The position numbers and the translations under genes are program-made. A stretch of DNA of 64,000 nt from Bdellovibrionales bacterium (GTDB lineage Bacteria > Bdellovibrionota > Bdellovibrionia > Bdellovibrionales > JAGQZY01), in assembly GCA_964230645.1 (NCBI GenBank), contig CAXRHT010000002.1, forward strand, positions 864,395 through 928,394, given 5' to 3'. Position 1 is the first letter of the stretch, and each line of letters opens with the position of its first letter. Positions 37,685 through 46,519 of this stretch are shown here, in pieces. The notes below the pieces were generated by a model. It searched no databases and had not been told where the DNA came from. It saw nothing but the letters and a program-made list of their open reading frames with translations.

Positions 37685-37799
37685 ACCAAATGACTCCGAC
37701 AAATTTTTGTTTCAAGAAACAATCACATTCTTTAAATATACCCTTTAGGCTATTTCCCTCAAAACCCAATACACTCTCCTTTTAACAAGGAGAATAACT

Positions 37800-37943
37800 A
37801 TGGCTAACCAAAAACCAAAAAAGAATCATCCGCAAGTGGACCGCGACAGTGGTAAACAGACGCGTAAAGAAGTACAGAACCAAGACTCGAAACAAGACCA
37901 CATCGACAAACGTGGAGCGGGTCGGCAAAGACAAGATATGTAA
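37800..37943 (+). CDS. Small (47 aa) highly hydrophilic basic protein
   Basis: Not in the track (<60 aa). AAGGAG lies 8 nt upstream of ATG. Sequence MANQKPKKNHPQVDRDSGKQTRKEVQNQDSKQDHIDKRGAGRQRQDM. An intrinsic terminator follows. Confidence 0.55.
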   Translation: MANQKPKKNHPQVDRDSGKQTRKEVQNQDSKQDHIDKRGAGRQRQDM

Positions 37944-37960
37944 AAATACTTTTTCACCTG

Positions 37961-37995
37961 AGGGAGGCCAAACGAGCCTCCCTTTGTTTTTTTTA
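37961..37995 (+). terminator. Intrinsic terminator after the 47-aa ORF
   Basis: AGGGAGGC-caaacga-GCCTCCCT followed by TTGTTTTTTTT. Confidence 0.75.
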
Positions 37996-38010
37996 AGAGG
38001 AGAATTGAAT

Positions 38011-38247
38011 ATGCAAAGAAAAGGTCGGCAACGGATTTATAAAAGTGAAATTCCTAAAAGTCCGGAAACTAAGAAAGAAGAAAAATCCAATGAAAAAAAA
38101 GATTCAAAAGTGAGCGAAGATGAAACCATTAGCTCATACGCTCTTGAAGATCATGACAAACCTCAATACGGTTTTAGACCAGAGAGTGAGCCAAAGAAGC
38201 GAGAGGACCTGCAAGCGGGCACCGGCACGCAAGGACAAGTTGATTAA
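38011..38247 (+). CDS. Small (78 aa) hydrophilic K/E-rich protein
   Basis: ATG 38011 has AGAGGAG upstream. The track ORF start at 37849 would read through the terminator and the previous CDS, so I truncated it. Confidence 0.5.
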   Translation: MQRKGRQRIYKSEIPKSPETKKEEKSNEKKDSKVSEDETISSYALEDHDKPQYGFRPESEPKKREDLQAGTGTQGQVD

Positions 38248-38248
38248 C

Positions 38249-38971
38249 TTACTTAATTAACATCCAAAGCCCCATGGCCATCATCATAAGATTTTCTGTG
38301 AGAGAGATAAAGCCTAAAGGCACATTACTTCCCCCACCCACACAAGCACATTTTAATTCCCGCTTATCGATATAAACGGCCTTAAAAACTGAAATCGCGC
38401 CCACGGTCCCGATAAAAAGGGAAACCGGTGCGTAAATCCAGGGAGCAATCATTGCGATCATGCCGATCCCAGCAAAGGCTTCCGCAAAAGGATAAACATA
38501 GGAGTAGTTTATCCACCTTCTTGCTAAAAGATCGTAGGTAATAAATTGATTAGAGAATGAAAACAGGTCCTGCAGCTTTTGGATGGCAAGAATACACATG
38601 CTAATAGCAATAAAAAGTTCAATGAGTCTTACACTTGGAAACGAGGTCCAAGTCCATCCTAGGGCCATTAAAAATGCCACCGAAAAAATAGCGATCACAG
38701 GTTGGTAAGTGGTCTCATCCGTTTGTTTTGGAGACTTATTAAAGTACTCTCTTAAATCGTCATAACCACCAATTCGCTTTTCTTCGATAAAAGTTTGAGG
38801 AGTGGTCTTAACCCCATACTGTTCTTTGAAACGGTCGGTTTCCTCGCGGCTTTCTAAAGGATGATCCTCCACCTTGTATCCCTCTTTTTCCAAAAGGTCT
38901 TTAGACTTTAGGCCAAAGGGACAAATGTGGTCATCGGTTTTCATTCTGTAAAGTTTAGCGACTTTTTCCAT
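38249..38971 (-). CDS. Glutaredoxin-like domain fused to MauE/DoxX-type membrane domain
   Basis: N-terminal thioredoxin-fold pattern (CPFG ... TTPQTFIEEKRIGGYDDL), then four hydrophobic helices with a late CAC motif. Confidence 0.7.
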   Translation of the reverse strand: MEKVAKLYRMKTDDHICPFGLKSKDLLEKEGYKVEDHPLESREETDRFKEQYGVKTTPQTFIEEKRIGGYDDLREYFNKSPKQTDETTYQPVIAIFSVAFLMALGWTWTSFPSVRLIELFIAISMCILAIQKLQDLFSFSNQFITYDLLARRWINYSYVYPFAEAFAGIGMIAMIAPWIYAPVSLFIGTVGAISVFKAVYIDKRELKCACVGGGSNVPLGFISLTENLMMMAMGLWMLIK

Positions 38972-39160
38972 AGCTTCGTTTTATATCAGAACCACTACCT
39001 AAAAGCTTCTAGAAAACTTAACAAATCGGCTCTCTTTTTAAGAGAATTCCACATTGTTTACACTCCCCTGGAAGGTGTTCTCGCCCTCTTTCGGGCATCC
39101 TCAGGATTATAGTGAGGGAGGCCTTAATGATTCAATACAGCTTTAACAAAAAAAAACCTG

Positions 39161-39511
39161 ATGGAGTTTCAGGTTGGCGGCAAAATTACAGCAAAAGAAT
39201 ATGACGAAGTGATCAGCCAGTTCCGAGAAGACTTAGCCACCTCTTCAAAAGTCAATATTTTGGAGCGAGTCTCGGATTGGAAAGGTATTGAGCCTTTAGC
39301 CCTCTGGAAAGATATCAAGTTTGCTGTTCAAGAGTTTGGCCACGTGAACGAGAAAGTGGAAAAAGCGGCCGTTGTCGCTGATCAGAAGTGGATTGAGTCA
39401 GTTACAAACCTTCTTAATCCTTTTATCGATACAGAAGTCAAATTTTTCAAGCCCAACGAAGAGGAAAAAGCCCGTCAGTGGCTTGAGACCGTGGTGCCCG
39501 AAAATTTGTAA
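39161..39511 (+). CDS. STAS/SpoIIAA-like (DUF3478) protein; N-terminus probably displaced by an A9 frameshift
   Basis: GGKITAKEYDEV ... KAAVVADQKWIE ... FFKPNEEEKARQWL fits DUF3478 (from memory). There is no SD before ATG 39161. A strong GGAGG precedes ATG 39127, which is in another frame. Confidence 0.7.
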   Translation: MEFQVGGKITAKEYDEVISQFREDLATSSKVNILERVSDWKGIEPLALWKDIKFAVQEFGHVNEKVEKAAVVADQKWIESVTNLLNPFIDTEVKFFKPNEEEKARQWLETVVPENL

Positions 39512-39589
39512 ATAAGTACAGATTCTTTGGAACATTCCTTATCTTCTCTTCGCTACAATTGAGGGGAATTAAGCTAAAGGAGTAAACAA

Positions 39590-40273
39590 ATGGCAAATAA
39601 TAAGCGCTACCCCTCGTATGATGAACGTCATCCCAGAGAAGATTGGGTCTACAATCAAACCTACCCCCAGGGACAAGACCCCGCTTTTGTTGATCAGGAC
39701 CACGCGGTAAAAGAGCCTCGCTTTAGCGAAAGACCTTCACACATGACTCCAGACTCCCACCCCACCCATTTTGGACAAACCCCAAGACGGACTTCAACTC
39801 ATCCGCAAAATCGCGCGCATGGACGACGAGAAGAAATGGATGCTAGAGATTTACCAAGTCCTTGGCGCTACCAAACCAACCACCAGGCCTCAGAGTCTTT
39901 TCACCAGCCTCAAGAACGATTTTTCGACCAGCAAACCCATAGAGGCAAAGGCCCTAAAAATTTTCAACGCTCAGATGAGAGAATTCTTGAGGACGTCTGT
40001 GAATATCTTGAGGATGACGGACGCATCGACGCCTCAGAGATTGAAGTCAATATTAAAAAAGGTGTGATCACTCTCAGTGGTCCTATAGAGTCTCGCCGCA
40101 TGAAGAAGTTTATCGAAAACCAAGTGGATCAGTGCCGAGGGGTTCGAGATGTCCAAAATAATTTGGAAATTTTAGGACTACAAAACAAAACAGCCAAAGC
40201 CAACCGAGAGCTTTTACCAGGCTCAGGGAAGCCGAAAACCAGTTCTAAGAAGAAAAAACAAACGAAACACTAA
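39590..40273 (+). CDS. BON-domain protein with disordered His/Pro/Gln-rich N-terminus
   Basis: C-terminal SDERILEDVCEYLEDDGRIDASEIEVNIKKGVITLSGPIESRRMKKFIENQVDQCRGVRDVQNNL is a BON pattern. Confidence 0.8.
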   Translation: MANNKRYPSYDERHPREDWVYNQTYPQGQDPAFVDQDHAVKEPRFSERPSHMTPDSHPTHFGQTPRRTSTHPQNRAHGRREEMDARDLPSPWRYQTNHQASESFHQPQERFFDQQTHRGKGPKNFQRSDERILEDVCEYLEDDGRIDASEIEVNIKKGVITLSGPIESRRMKKFIENQVDQCRGVRDVQNNLEILGLQNKTAKANRELLPGSGKPKTSSKKKKQTKH

Positions 40274-40310
40274 TTTCGAAAAATGTGAAATCCAACATGA
40301 GGAGGATTCA

Positions 40311-41087
40311 ATGTTAAAAAATTTACTCGACATTAAAGGCTTTAACCTTCAAGGACCGGAGGGAAATATCGGTACCTGTCAGGACGCTCTTTTCGATGAT
40401 CAAGCGTGGACCGTTCGATACGTCGACGTTGACACCGGGAGCTGGCTTTCAGAAAGAAGAGTTCTCCTCTCCCCGATTAGTCTTGGGGCGCCCAGTTGGG
40501 AGAAAGGCGAAATTTATACCGAACTTAGTAGCGAGCAAATTGAAAGCTCCCCCAAACTTGACGCCAAATCTCCCATTTCAAAGGAGTGGGAGGATTCGTT
40601 TTTTAACTTTCATGGCTGGCCTTACTACGGTGTGGGTATGCATATGTGGGGCCTGACTCACTACCCGGACGAGAACGAGCTTAAGAAAATTCACGATGCC
40701 AGTCCCGCCACCGACATCCATCGTAACACCCACCAGACCATTCGTTCCGCCTCGGAGCTTAGAGACTACGAAGTCTCCGCCCGCGATGGTGAAGTGGGAC
40801 GCATTAAGGATTTTGTCTTCGATACAGACACTTGGGCGATAAGGTATTTGGTGATCGAGAATCACAGCTTCTTGCAACGTAAAAAAACGATCGTCTCCCC
40901 TTTCTGGGTCTCACACCTCGACTGGATGGAGCGTACTTGTGTGATCGATCTTAATCGTGCCGAAATTGAATGCTCGCCACAACCAGAGGGAGAATCTAAT
41001 GATTACCTCGATCGAGAGTTTGAAATGAAATTGCACGACCACTATCAAAGACCCACCTACTGGGATCAGGAAATTAGACCCCAGTGA
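40311..41087 (+). CDS. PRC-barrel domain protein (two copies)
   Basis: LLDIKGFNLQGPEGNIGTCQDALFDDQAWTVRYVDVD and ELRDYEVSARDGEVGRIKDFVFDTDTWAIRYLVIE. Confidence 0.8.
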   Translation: MLKNLLDIKGFNLQGPEGNIGTCQDALFDDQAWTVRYVDVDTGSWLSERRVLLSPISLGAPSWEKGEIYTELSSEQIESSPKLDAKSPISKEWEDSFFNFHGWPYYGVGMHMWGLTHYPDENELKKIHDASPATDIHRNTHQTIRSASELRDYEVSARDGEVGRIKDFVFDTDTWAIRYLVIENHSFLQRKKTIVSPFWVSHLDWMERTCVIDLNRAEIECSPQPEGESNDYLDREFEMKLHDHYQRPTYWDQEIRPQ

Positions 41088-41088
41088 T

Positions 41089-42072
41089 TCAATGGTTTAA
41101 ATAGCTGGGCTGTTTTTCTAAAAGCTTTGGGGTGGAGGGAGATATCTTACTATCATCCACCTCGGGCTCTATCTCCTCCTCGGTAAGACTCGCCTGCCAA
41201 TATTTTTTTAAACGCTTTAGTTTTAATTCTAAAGCTTCCGACACCAAATAATTACCAAGCAAAAAGGACTTTCGACGAAATTCTCGGTGTTTAAGCTCAA
41301 TCAATGACATTAACAGTTGTTTTTCTTTTTTCTTTAGACCTTTCATTTTCTGAATGTTGCCCGCAAGTACGTGGAGATCGTGATCGTCCCCTAAATCATC
41401 CGTGAGTTGATGCCAAGCCTTGCGCTCAAAGTTCATGGCCTCTGGCCAAAGGTTACGCAAAAGCTTAAGCTGGTAGCGGAAATATTTTGCTCTTTTCCTC
41501 CACTGATGAAAATCTTCGGGCTTGGAATCAGCATCGAGCTTTTTGTGGTTCTTACGGGCCCGAGAGTATGTTTTCATTAACCCTTCCTCAATGCTATCAA
41601 AACCACTTTTCTCAAGCTTCCAACCTTTTATACGGTCAAGGCTTGAGTTTAACGAATCCTCAATGGTTTCAAAATCTCCTTCCTTCCTACTAAAGGCAAG
41701 AATGTGATTAAGCTTTCCGTCTAACAATTCGTCCTCGGCTTTTCTAAAGACTCGCAGTTTGATTTCCTTTTCATAGTCGTTTTGCAGACTTTCTAGGGTT
41801 TGAATCCTAGTTTCTGCATCACGTAGCTCAGAGAGTTTTCGGCCTAAGTCTCTAAAGTATTTATTTTCTTTCTTATAATCCGGAAAACTTCCCCGAAACA
41901 CTCTCAAGAGGGCACGGATTTTCTTAAATCGCTTACGCAATTGGTGGACTTTCTTGTCGTCACTCAACTCACTCGATTGGATTTCATCAAGAGCTTTTTT
42001 AATCTGCTCTTTAGCAACTTCTTGTAAACTTTCATCAATCTTCCCACTACTGACTTGTAACTTATAACTCAC
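41089..42072 (-). CDS. CHAD-domain protein
   Basis: Repeated VHQLRKRFKKIRALLRVF and FHQWRKRAKYFRYQLKLL helices are characteristic of CHAD. Confidence 0.85.
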   Translation of the reverse strand: MSYKLQVSSGKIDESLQEVAKEQIKKALDEIQSSELSDDKKVHQLRKRFKKIRALLRVFRGSFPDYKKENKYFRDLGRKLSELRDAETRIQTLESLQNDYEKEIKLRVFRKAEDELLDGKLNHILAFSRKEGDFETIEDSLNSSLDRIKGWKLEKSGFDSIEEGLMKTYSRARKNHKKLDADSKPEDFHQWRKRAKYFRYQLKLLRNLWPEAMNFERKAWHQLTDDLGDDHDLHVLAGNIQKMKGLKKKEKQLLMSLIELKHREFRRKSFLLGNYLVSEALELKLKRLKKYWQASLTEEEIEPEVDDSKISPSTPKLLEKQPSYLNH

Positions 42073-42275
42073 AGTTTTCTACCTCCAAAAGAGAGCCCTA
42101 TTTTTGCCACAAGCCCCAGCTTTCTTCCAATGAAGTTTTTTGCACAGAAATATGAAAAATAGTGCAGATGTTCACATCCCATTGACTCAAACTGAGACAA
42201 ACTCCGCGCAATATTCGCACTCCAGACAAGTTTCAGAGATAATAAAACTTAGGGATTTTTAAAAAGTCTGGGGTC

Positions 42276-42770
42276 ATGTTTTCAAAATTTCGCTCATTTC
42301 ATTGGATTCTTATTTTTCCTGTTCTCATTTTATATGTGAACTGTGATGGCTATAAATCGGCCACATCTAGAGAAATCAGCTCTCAAACCTGCGTGAATTC
42401 GGCCAAACATTCTCTAAAATTGCAAAATTTTGAAGCCTCAGCGGATTGCTTTGACTTAGAAAACATAGTTTGTGAAAAACGAAGTTTCCGACCCAATATC
42501 CCCACGGCCACTTCGAAAGGGGAGGAATGTTTGCAATCGGAAACTTGGGGAGATATTTGTGTTGAGCTCACCTACCTTGACTTTAATACCTCAGAGGCGT
42601 CCTCTGACCCCGAGCTTTATAAGTCAGGAGCTTCATATAATTATCAAGAGTACAATTGCTATATCAAAAATTTTAAACACCACGGTAAGGTGATTTTCCA
42701 TGCAAGCCATCAACACTTGAGCGAAAGCCTGGAAGATCTCTATCGATCTTGCTTACAAGGAGGGGAATAG
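42276..42770 (+). CDS. Hypothetical secreted Cys-containing protein
   Basis: Signal or lipoprotein-like N-terminus (LILYVNCDG) and about 8 Cys. The stop shares 1 nt with the next start. Confidence 0.5.
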   Translation: MFSKFRSFHWILIFPVLILYVNCDGYKSATSREISSQTCVNSAKHSLKLQNFEASADCFDLENIVCEKRSFRPNIPTATSKGEECLQSETWGDICVELTYLDFNTSEASSDPELYKSGASYNYQEYNCYIKNFKHHGKVIFHASHQHLSESLEDLYRSCLQGGE

Positions 42771-43297
42771 TGATTCGCACTCTTCTAACCCTCATTCTCA
42801 CCATAAGTACACAACAGCTGTGGGCCCATGCCCGCCTGTTACCAGGTGGGAACACTCCTCCACGCTCAAACGACACGGGATTAAAATCGGGCCCCTGTGG
42901 AAACATAGTAAAAGGCACTCCGGTCGCAAGCTTTAACTCAGGCCAAACCATCACTTTACAGTGGGAAGAAACAATCAATCATCCGGGCTACTTTGAGTTC
43001 TCTTTATCCACTGACGATGACCAAACATTTGATCTTCTACTCACAGTGCCTGATGAGAAAAACTCTCGCAATGATCTTCCCCATCGCTATCAAGCGGAAT
43101 TGAAACTTCCAGATGGTATCACTTGCAGCAACTGCACTCTTCGAATGGTTCAGCAAATGACTGAAAATCCCACCAACCCTCGCCCCTACTTTTCTTGTAG
43201 TGATATTGAGATCACCAATTCCGGCCAAGACACTCCGATGGATCCGATCGATGAGGACAAGAACACCGTGCCTCCAGTGACAGAGGACTGCCACTAG
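42770..43297 (+). CDS. LPMO-like (histidine-brace candidate) secreted protein
   Basis: GTG 42770 with AAGGAGGGG upstream. Predicted cleavage at LWA/HARL leaves His as residue 1. Also INHPGYFEFSL, LPDGITCSNCTLRMVQQM, YFSCSDIEI. Resembles polysaccharide-monooxygenase-like proteins (from memory). Confidence 0.55.
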   Translation: MIRTLLTLILTISTQQLWAHARLLPGGNTPPRSNDTGLKSGPCGNIVKGTPVASFNSGQTITLQWEETINHPGYFEFSLSTDDDQTFDLLLTVPDEKNSRNDLPHRYQAELKLPDGITCSNCTLRMVQQMTENPTNPRPYFSCSDIEITNSGQDTPMDPIDEDKNTVPPVTEDCH

Positions 43298-43419
43298 CCT
43301 TTATTTTTTACAATTCCGCCTAATTTCGTCCTGTAATTCAGTGAAAGGTCTATTTTTAAGACCTAAAGGCGTTGGCATCCTCCCCATTGGTTGGCTAAGA
43401 TTCCCTCAAAGGAGACCCC

Positions 43420-43758
43420 ATGAGACTTATAGCCACTTTCTTAATAGGATTCTTATTTTCTCACTCTATCTTGGCCGATACTATAATTATAAAACCGGGC
43501 AACAGTGAGAACTTCACCAGACAACAAATTCTTTCAAGATTTAGTAACCGTGAGCTTATTATACGCTGTGATCACGAGCCCGAATGCCGAGTCCACTATG
43601 AGTATGTGGGAAAAAACTTTAAATTGAAAATGCCAAACGGGAAAGTCTACGGAACTTACGATTCAGCCAAAAAAGCGATGAGTGAAGCCTCTACCTTGAT
43701 CGCCTCAAAGGTTTGTGATCGTTTAATATTGAACATAGAGGAAGATAAGATTCACTGA
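43420..43758 (+). CDS. Hypothetical secreted protein
   Basis: Signal peptide MRLIATFLIGFLFSHSILA. No family recognised. Confidence 0.5.
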   Translation: MRLIATFLIGFLFSHSILADTIIIKPGNSENFTRQQILSRFSNRELIIRCDHEPECRVHYEYVGKNFKLKMPNGKVYGTYDSAKKAMSEASTLIASKVCDRLILNIEEDKIH

Positions 43759-43785
43759 GAATGCTAGAGCCTGTCTCATAAAAAA

Positions 43786-43815
43786 AAGCCCTCTCTTTGC
43801 GAGAAGGCTTTTTGT
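43786..43815. terminator. Bidirectional terminator between convergent genes
   Basis: AAGCCCTCTC-tttgc-GAGAAGGCTT (one mismatch), flanked by A8 and T4. Confidence 0.6.
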
Positions 43816-43844
43816 AAAGTCACAATGACTTATAAAATGAAATA

Positions 43845-44036
43845 TTATTTGAAGAAACTATCCACTTCTTTCTCGGCTTGGTCACGAGTCTGACCGTAGC
43901 GCTCCTGGATTTTTCCGATAAGTTGGTCACGTTCTCCATCGATTCTTTTAATGTCGTCGTCGGTAAGTTTACCCCAACGCTCTTGAACTTGACCTTTCAT
44001 CTGTGTCCATTTTCCTTTGATAATATCTTTATTCAT
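43845..44036 (-). CDS. csbD: CsbD-family general stress protein
   Basis: [52 protein letters not shown]. Confidence 0.9.
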   Translation of the reverse strand: MNKDIIKGKWTQMKGQVQERWGKLTDDDIKRIDGERDQLIGKIQERYGQTRDQAEKEVDSFFK

Positions 44037-44140
44037 TTTTTTCCTCCTTTAGAATGACTCCATAATAGGGCAGATCCACGAAGCAATAATGTTGCTAACA
44101 TCAAAAAAATGTTAATTGATATTCACATCTAGTGCTCTAA

Positions 44141-44171
44141 TAAAAAAGCTCCACTATGAGTGGAGCTTTTC
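44141..44171 (-). terminator. Intrinsic terminator after the OM barrel gene
   Basis: AGCTCCAC (44147-44154) pairs with GTGGAGCT (44160-44167). There is a T-run on the minus-strand side. Confidence 0.65.
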
Positions 44172-44201
44172 AAAAAACAAAAATTTTTAGCTATTCTTTT
44201 T

Positions 44202-44768
44202 TTAGTACCAGTATTTAACCATACCCCTCACTGCGAACACATCAGGGGTATCAGAGGAGGAATAGAGATGACTCACGTTGGCTCCTAGGGATAAAGGCGA
44301 CCGGTCAATAACATTGTTCAATGGGTAGTCGAAACCTGCATGTGGCATCAAACCAAACGCTAGTTCGTTGTCTATATTAGTATCTTCCCACATAGGTCCT
44401 GCTCCGAGGCCTACATAGGTGTAACGAATAAAAGGAATGTTTCCGCCAAAATTATAGTTGGCTTTTACAAAGAATCGGTTACGAACTAATTTGCCAACCC
44501 CATCGTCGTTGTAGTTCTCAACGGTAAAGTCACCGATAATGGAAAGAGGAATCACTGGTTGAAACCCAGCTTCAAGCGTGTAGTTTCCACCAGCATCTAA
44601 GGTGCCGTTGGGATCACCAAAACCCACTCCTAATCCCACATGGGGCTTAAACTGTGAGTCTTCTTGCACGGCTCGAATTTCTGGGGTCACATCACTTTCG
44701 ATAGCACCTGCAAAATTGTAAAACAAAATACTACTTAGGATAATCGCTAGGTATTTAAAGTATTGCAT
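44202..44768 (-). CDS. Small outer-membrane beta-barrel protein (OmpW/OmpA-like porin family)
   Basis: Signal peptide, alternating strands, and C-terminal VKYWY. Confidence 0.65.
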   Translation of the reverse strand: MQYFKYLAIILSSILFYNFAGAIESDVTPEIRAVQEDSQFKPHVGLGVGFGDPNGTLDAGGNYTLEAGFQPVIPLSIIGDFTVENYNDDGVGKLVRNRFFVKANYNFGGNIPFIRYTYVGLGAGPMWEDTNIDNELAFGLMPHAGFDYPLNNVIDRSPLSLGANVSHLYSSSDTPDVFAVRGMVKYWY

Positions 44769-44910
44769 AGATAGGTTCTCCTTTTTTCTTTAAAAGAATA
44801 CTCTGAGATTCATACCCACCCACCTCTGATTTTGATTAGAGATTGTTTAAATCTTTTCAAATGTAATCGGTTTCGCCCGGGGTATCCTTTCGTCCAGGCA
44901 AAAAAACAAA

Positions 44911-45477
44911 CTAGTCCAATGAAAAAGAAATATCCTCAAGGCTTTTACGACTATTGGGTTTCTCATCCTCTTTCTGATCAGAGTTTAATTGAGAAGGATC
45001 CGCCTTTTTACCAACAGCAACGGCACAAATCACTTCGTGATCGTCATCCAGCCCCAAGCCTTCATTGATTTTATCGGTTTCAATTCCCGCCATCCCATGG
45101 GTGTAAAGCCCCATCATTCTTGCTTGCATAGTAAAAGCCATCCAAGCGGCACCACTATCAAACCAAGAGTGTTTGTTTGGTTTGGAGTTTTTCGAGAAAG
45201 TTTTTTTTGCGACTATAAAAAGAAGAGCGGAGGCTCTTTTCGCCCAAGCTGAGTTGGCATCCACTAACCAATCGAGGTGTTTATCAAAGTTGTCTGAGCC
45301 ATTGAGAGTGTAATAAAAGCGCCAGGGCTGCTCATTAAAACAGGAGGGACTCCAGCGAGCCGCTTCTAAAAGTGTTTCTAAATCTTTTTTTTCCATCTTG
45401 TGATTTGAATCAAAAGATCTGGGTGACCAGCGTTCAATAAATAAATTGTTAATATCAAAATCAGTTTGTCGTTGCAT
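44911..45477 (-). CDS. Nitroreductase-family protein
   Basis: ERWSPRSFD ... LLEAARWSPSCFNEQPWRF. ATG 45477 is preferred over the track start 45522. Confidence 0.85.
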   Translation of the reverse strand: MQRQTDFDINNLFIERWSPRSFDSNHKMEKKDLETLLEAARWSPSCFNEQPWRFYYTLNGSDNFDKHLDWLVDANSAWAKRASALLFIVAKKTFSKNSKPNKHSWFDSGAAWMAFTMQARMMGLYTHGMAGIETDKINEGLGLDDDHEVICAVAVGKKADPSQLNSDQKEDEKPNSRKSLEDISFSLD

Positions 45478-46519
45478 CACTACTACCCTCTTGAGTTTGG
45501 TCGTTAGTTCTTTTCTTCTCATTTTTATAAAGCGCCACGCAGATCGCTAAAAGGGGGGGCGCAACAAAAATTCCAAGGATGCCAAACCATGTTCCCATCA
45601 AGATCATAACAAAAATAAGGAGAGCAGCGGGTGTATGAACATTGTCTTTCATTACTTTCGGTAATACGAAGTTCCCCTCAAGCTGTTGAGTTACAATAAA
45701 GACGACCCCTAACCAGATCAGCTTTTCTGGCTGCAACACAGCTACAATCGCTCCCGAGAGCACGACTGTTACTAAAATTCCCGCATAAGGAACAATTGAA
45801 AGCACGCCCGCAAGGATTCCATAAAGAGCCCAGTACTGCACACCGGCGATCCAAAGGCCAAGAGTGGTTAAAAGGGCCACAACACACATATCAATGAGTT
45901 GCGCAAAAAACCATTTTCTTAGAACGCCCCCTGAAAGCAACATTCGCTTCTTAAGAGACTCTCGACTTTCTTTAGGAAAAAATCCGACAAAGCCTTCGTA
46001 GTACTTTTTTGAATTAACGGCGGTAAAGAGTGCAATCACAGCCGCTAGGGATAAACCTGTAAAAGCCGCTGCGGCTCCCGAAAAAAGGCTTCCGATCGAT
46101 CCCACGGTGGATTGAGCTAACCCTAATGGTTCCGCTTTTGAGAGTGCTTTAGCGACTTTGGGATAATCAGAACTAAAGTTGTCCCAGCGCCCCTCCCAGC
46201 GAGAGATAATGTCTGGGACAGAGGTTTTCAGTGAATAAAACTGATCCACCAAAATGGAACCCACGAAAAAGAATAGAACCATGAAAAGAACAAATATGCC
46301 GAATAAAATGGAAAGAGTGGCCGCAAATCGCGGAATCGAAAGTTTCCTCTCAAGTCGATTGATGATCGGATTGATCAAAGAGGCAACACCAACGCCAATC
46401 AAAGAGGATAGAAAGATCATCGAGCTTTGGTAAAAGACGTAGATTCCAACAAGGGTTCCAACAAAAACCAAAGTCTTGTAAAAGAGCATTTTTAATTCAT
46501 GGCGTTCGCTTCTGGTCAT
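45461..46519 (-). CDS. AI-2E family transporter (PerM/UPF0118)
   Basis: About 8 TM with a family-like layout (…IVTQQLEGNFVLPKVM…). Confidence 0.8.
   Translation of the reverse strand: MTRSERHELKMLFYKTLVFVGTLVGIYVFYQSSMIFLSSLIGVGVASLINPIINRLERKLSIPRFAATLSILFGIFVLFMVLFFFVGSILVDQFYSLKTSVPDIISRWEGRWDNFSSDYPKVAKALSKAEPLGLAQSTVGSIGSLFSGAAAAFTGLSLAAVIALFTAVNSKKYYEGFVGFFPKESRESLKKRMLLSGGVLRKWFFAQLIDMCVVALLTTLGLWIAGVQYWALYGILAGVLSIVPYAGILVTVVLSGAIVAVLQPEKLIWLGVVFIVTQQLEGNFVLPKVMKDNVHTPAALLIFVMILMGTWFGILGIFVAPPLLAICVALYKNEKKRTNDQTQEGSSDATTN

Noticed and set aside
35746-37690. Classical tRNA-integrated island or prophage
   Set aside because: There is no integrase, excisionase or phage gene, and the 3' end of tRNA-Gln is not duplicated at the far boundary. 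I kept only the weaker repeat-bounded-segment observation.
37849-38010. 5' part of track ORF 37849-38247 (GTG start)
   Set aside because: It overlaps the SD-equipped 47-aa ORF in another frame and reads straight through a canonical terminator (37961-37995). An internal ATG at 38011 has its own SD.
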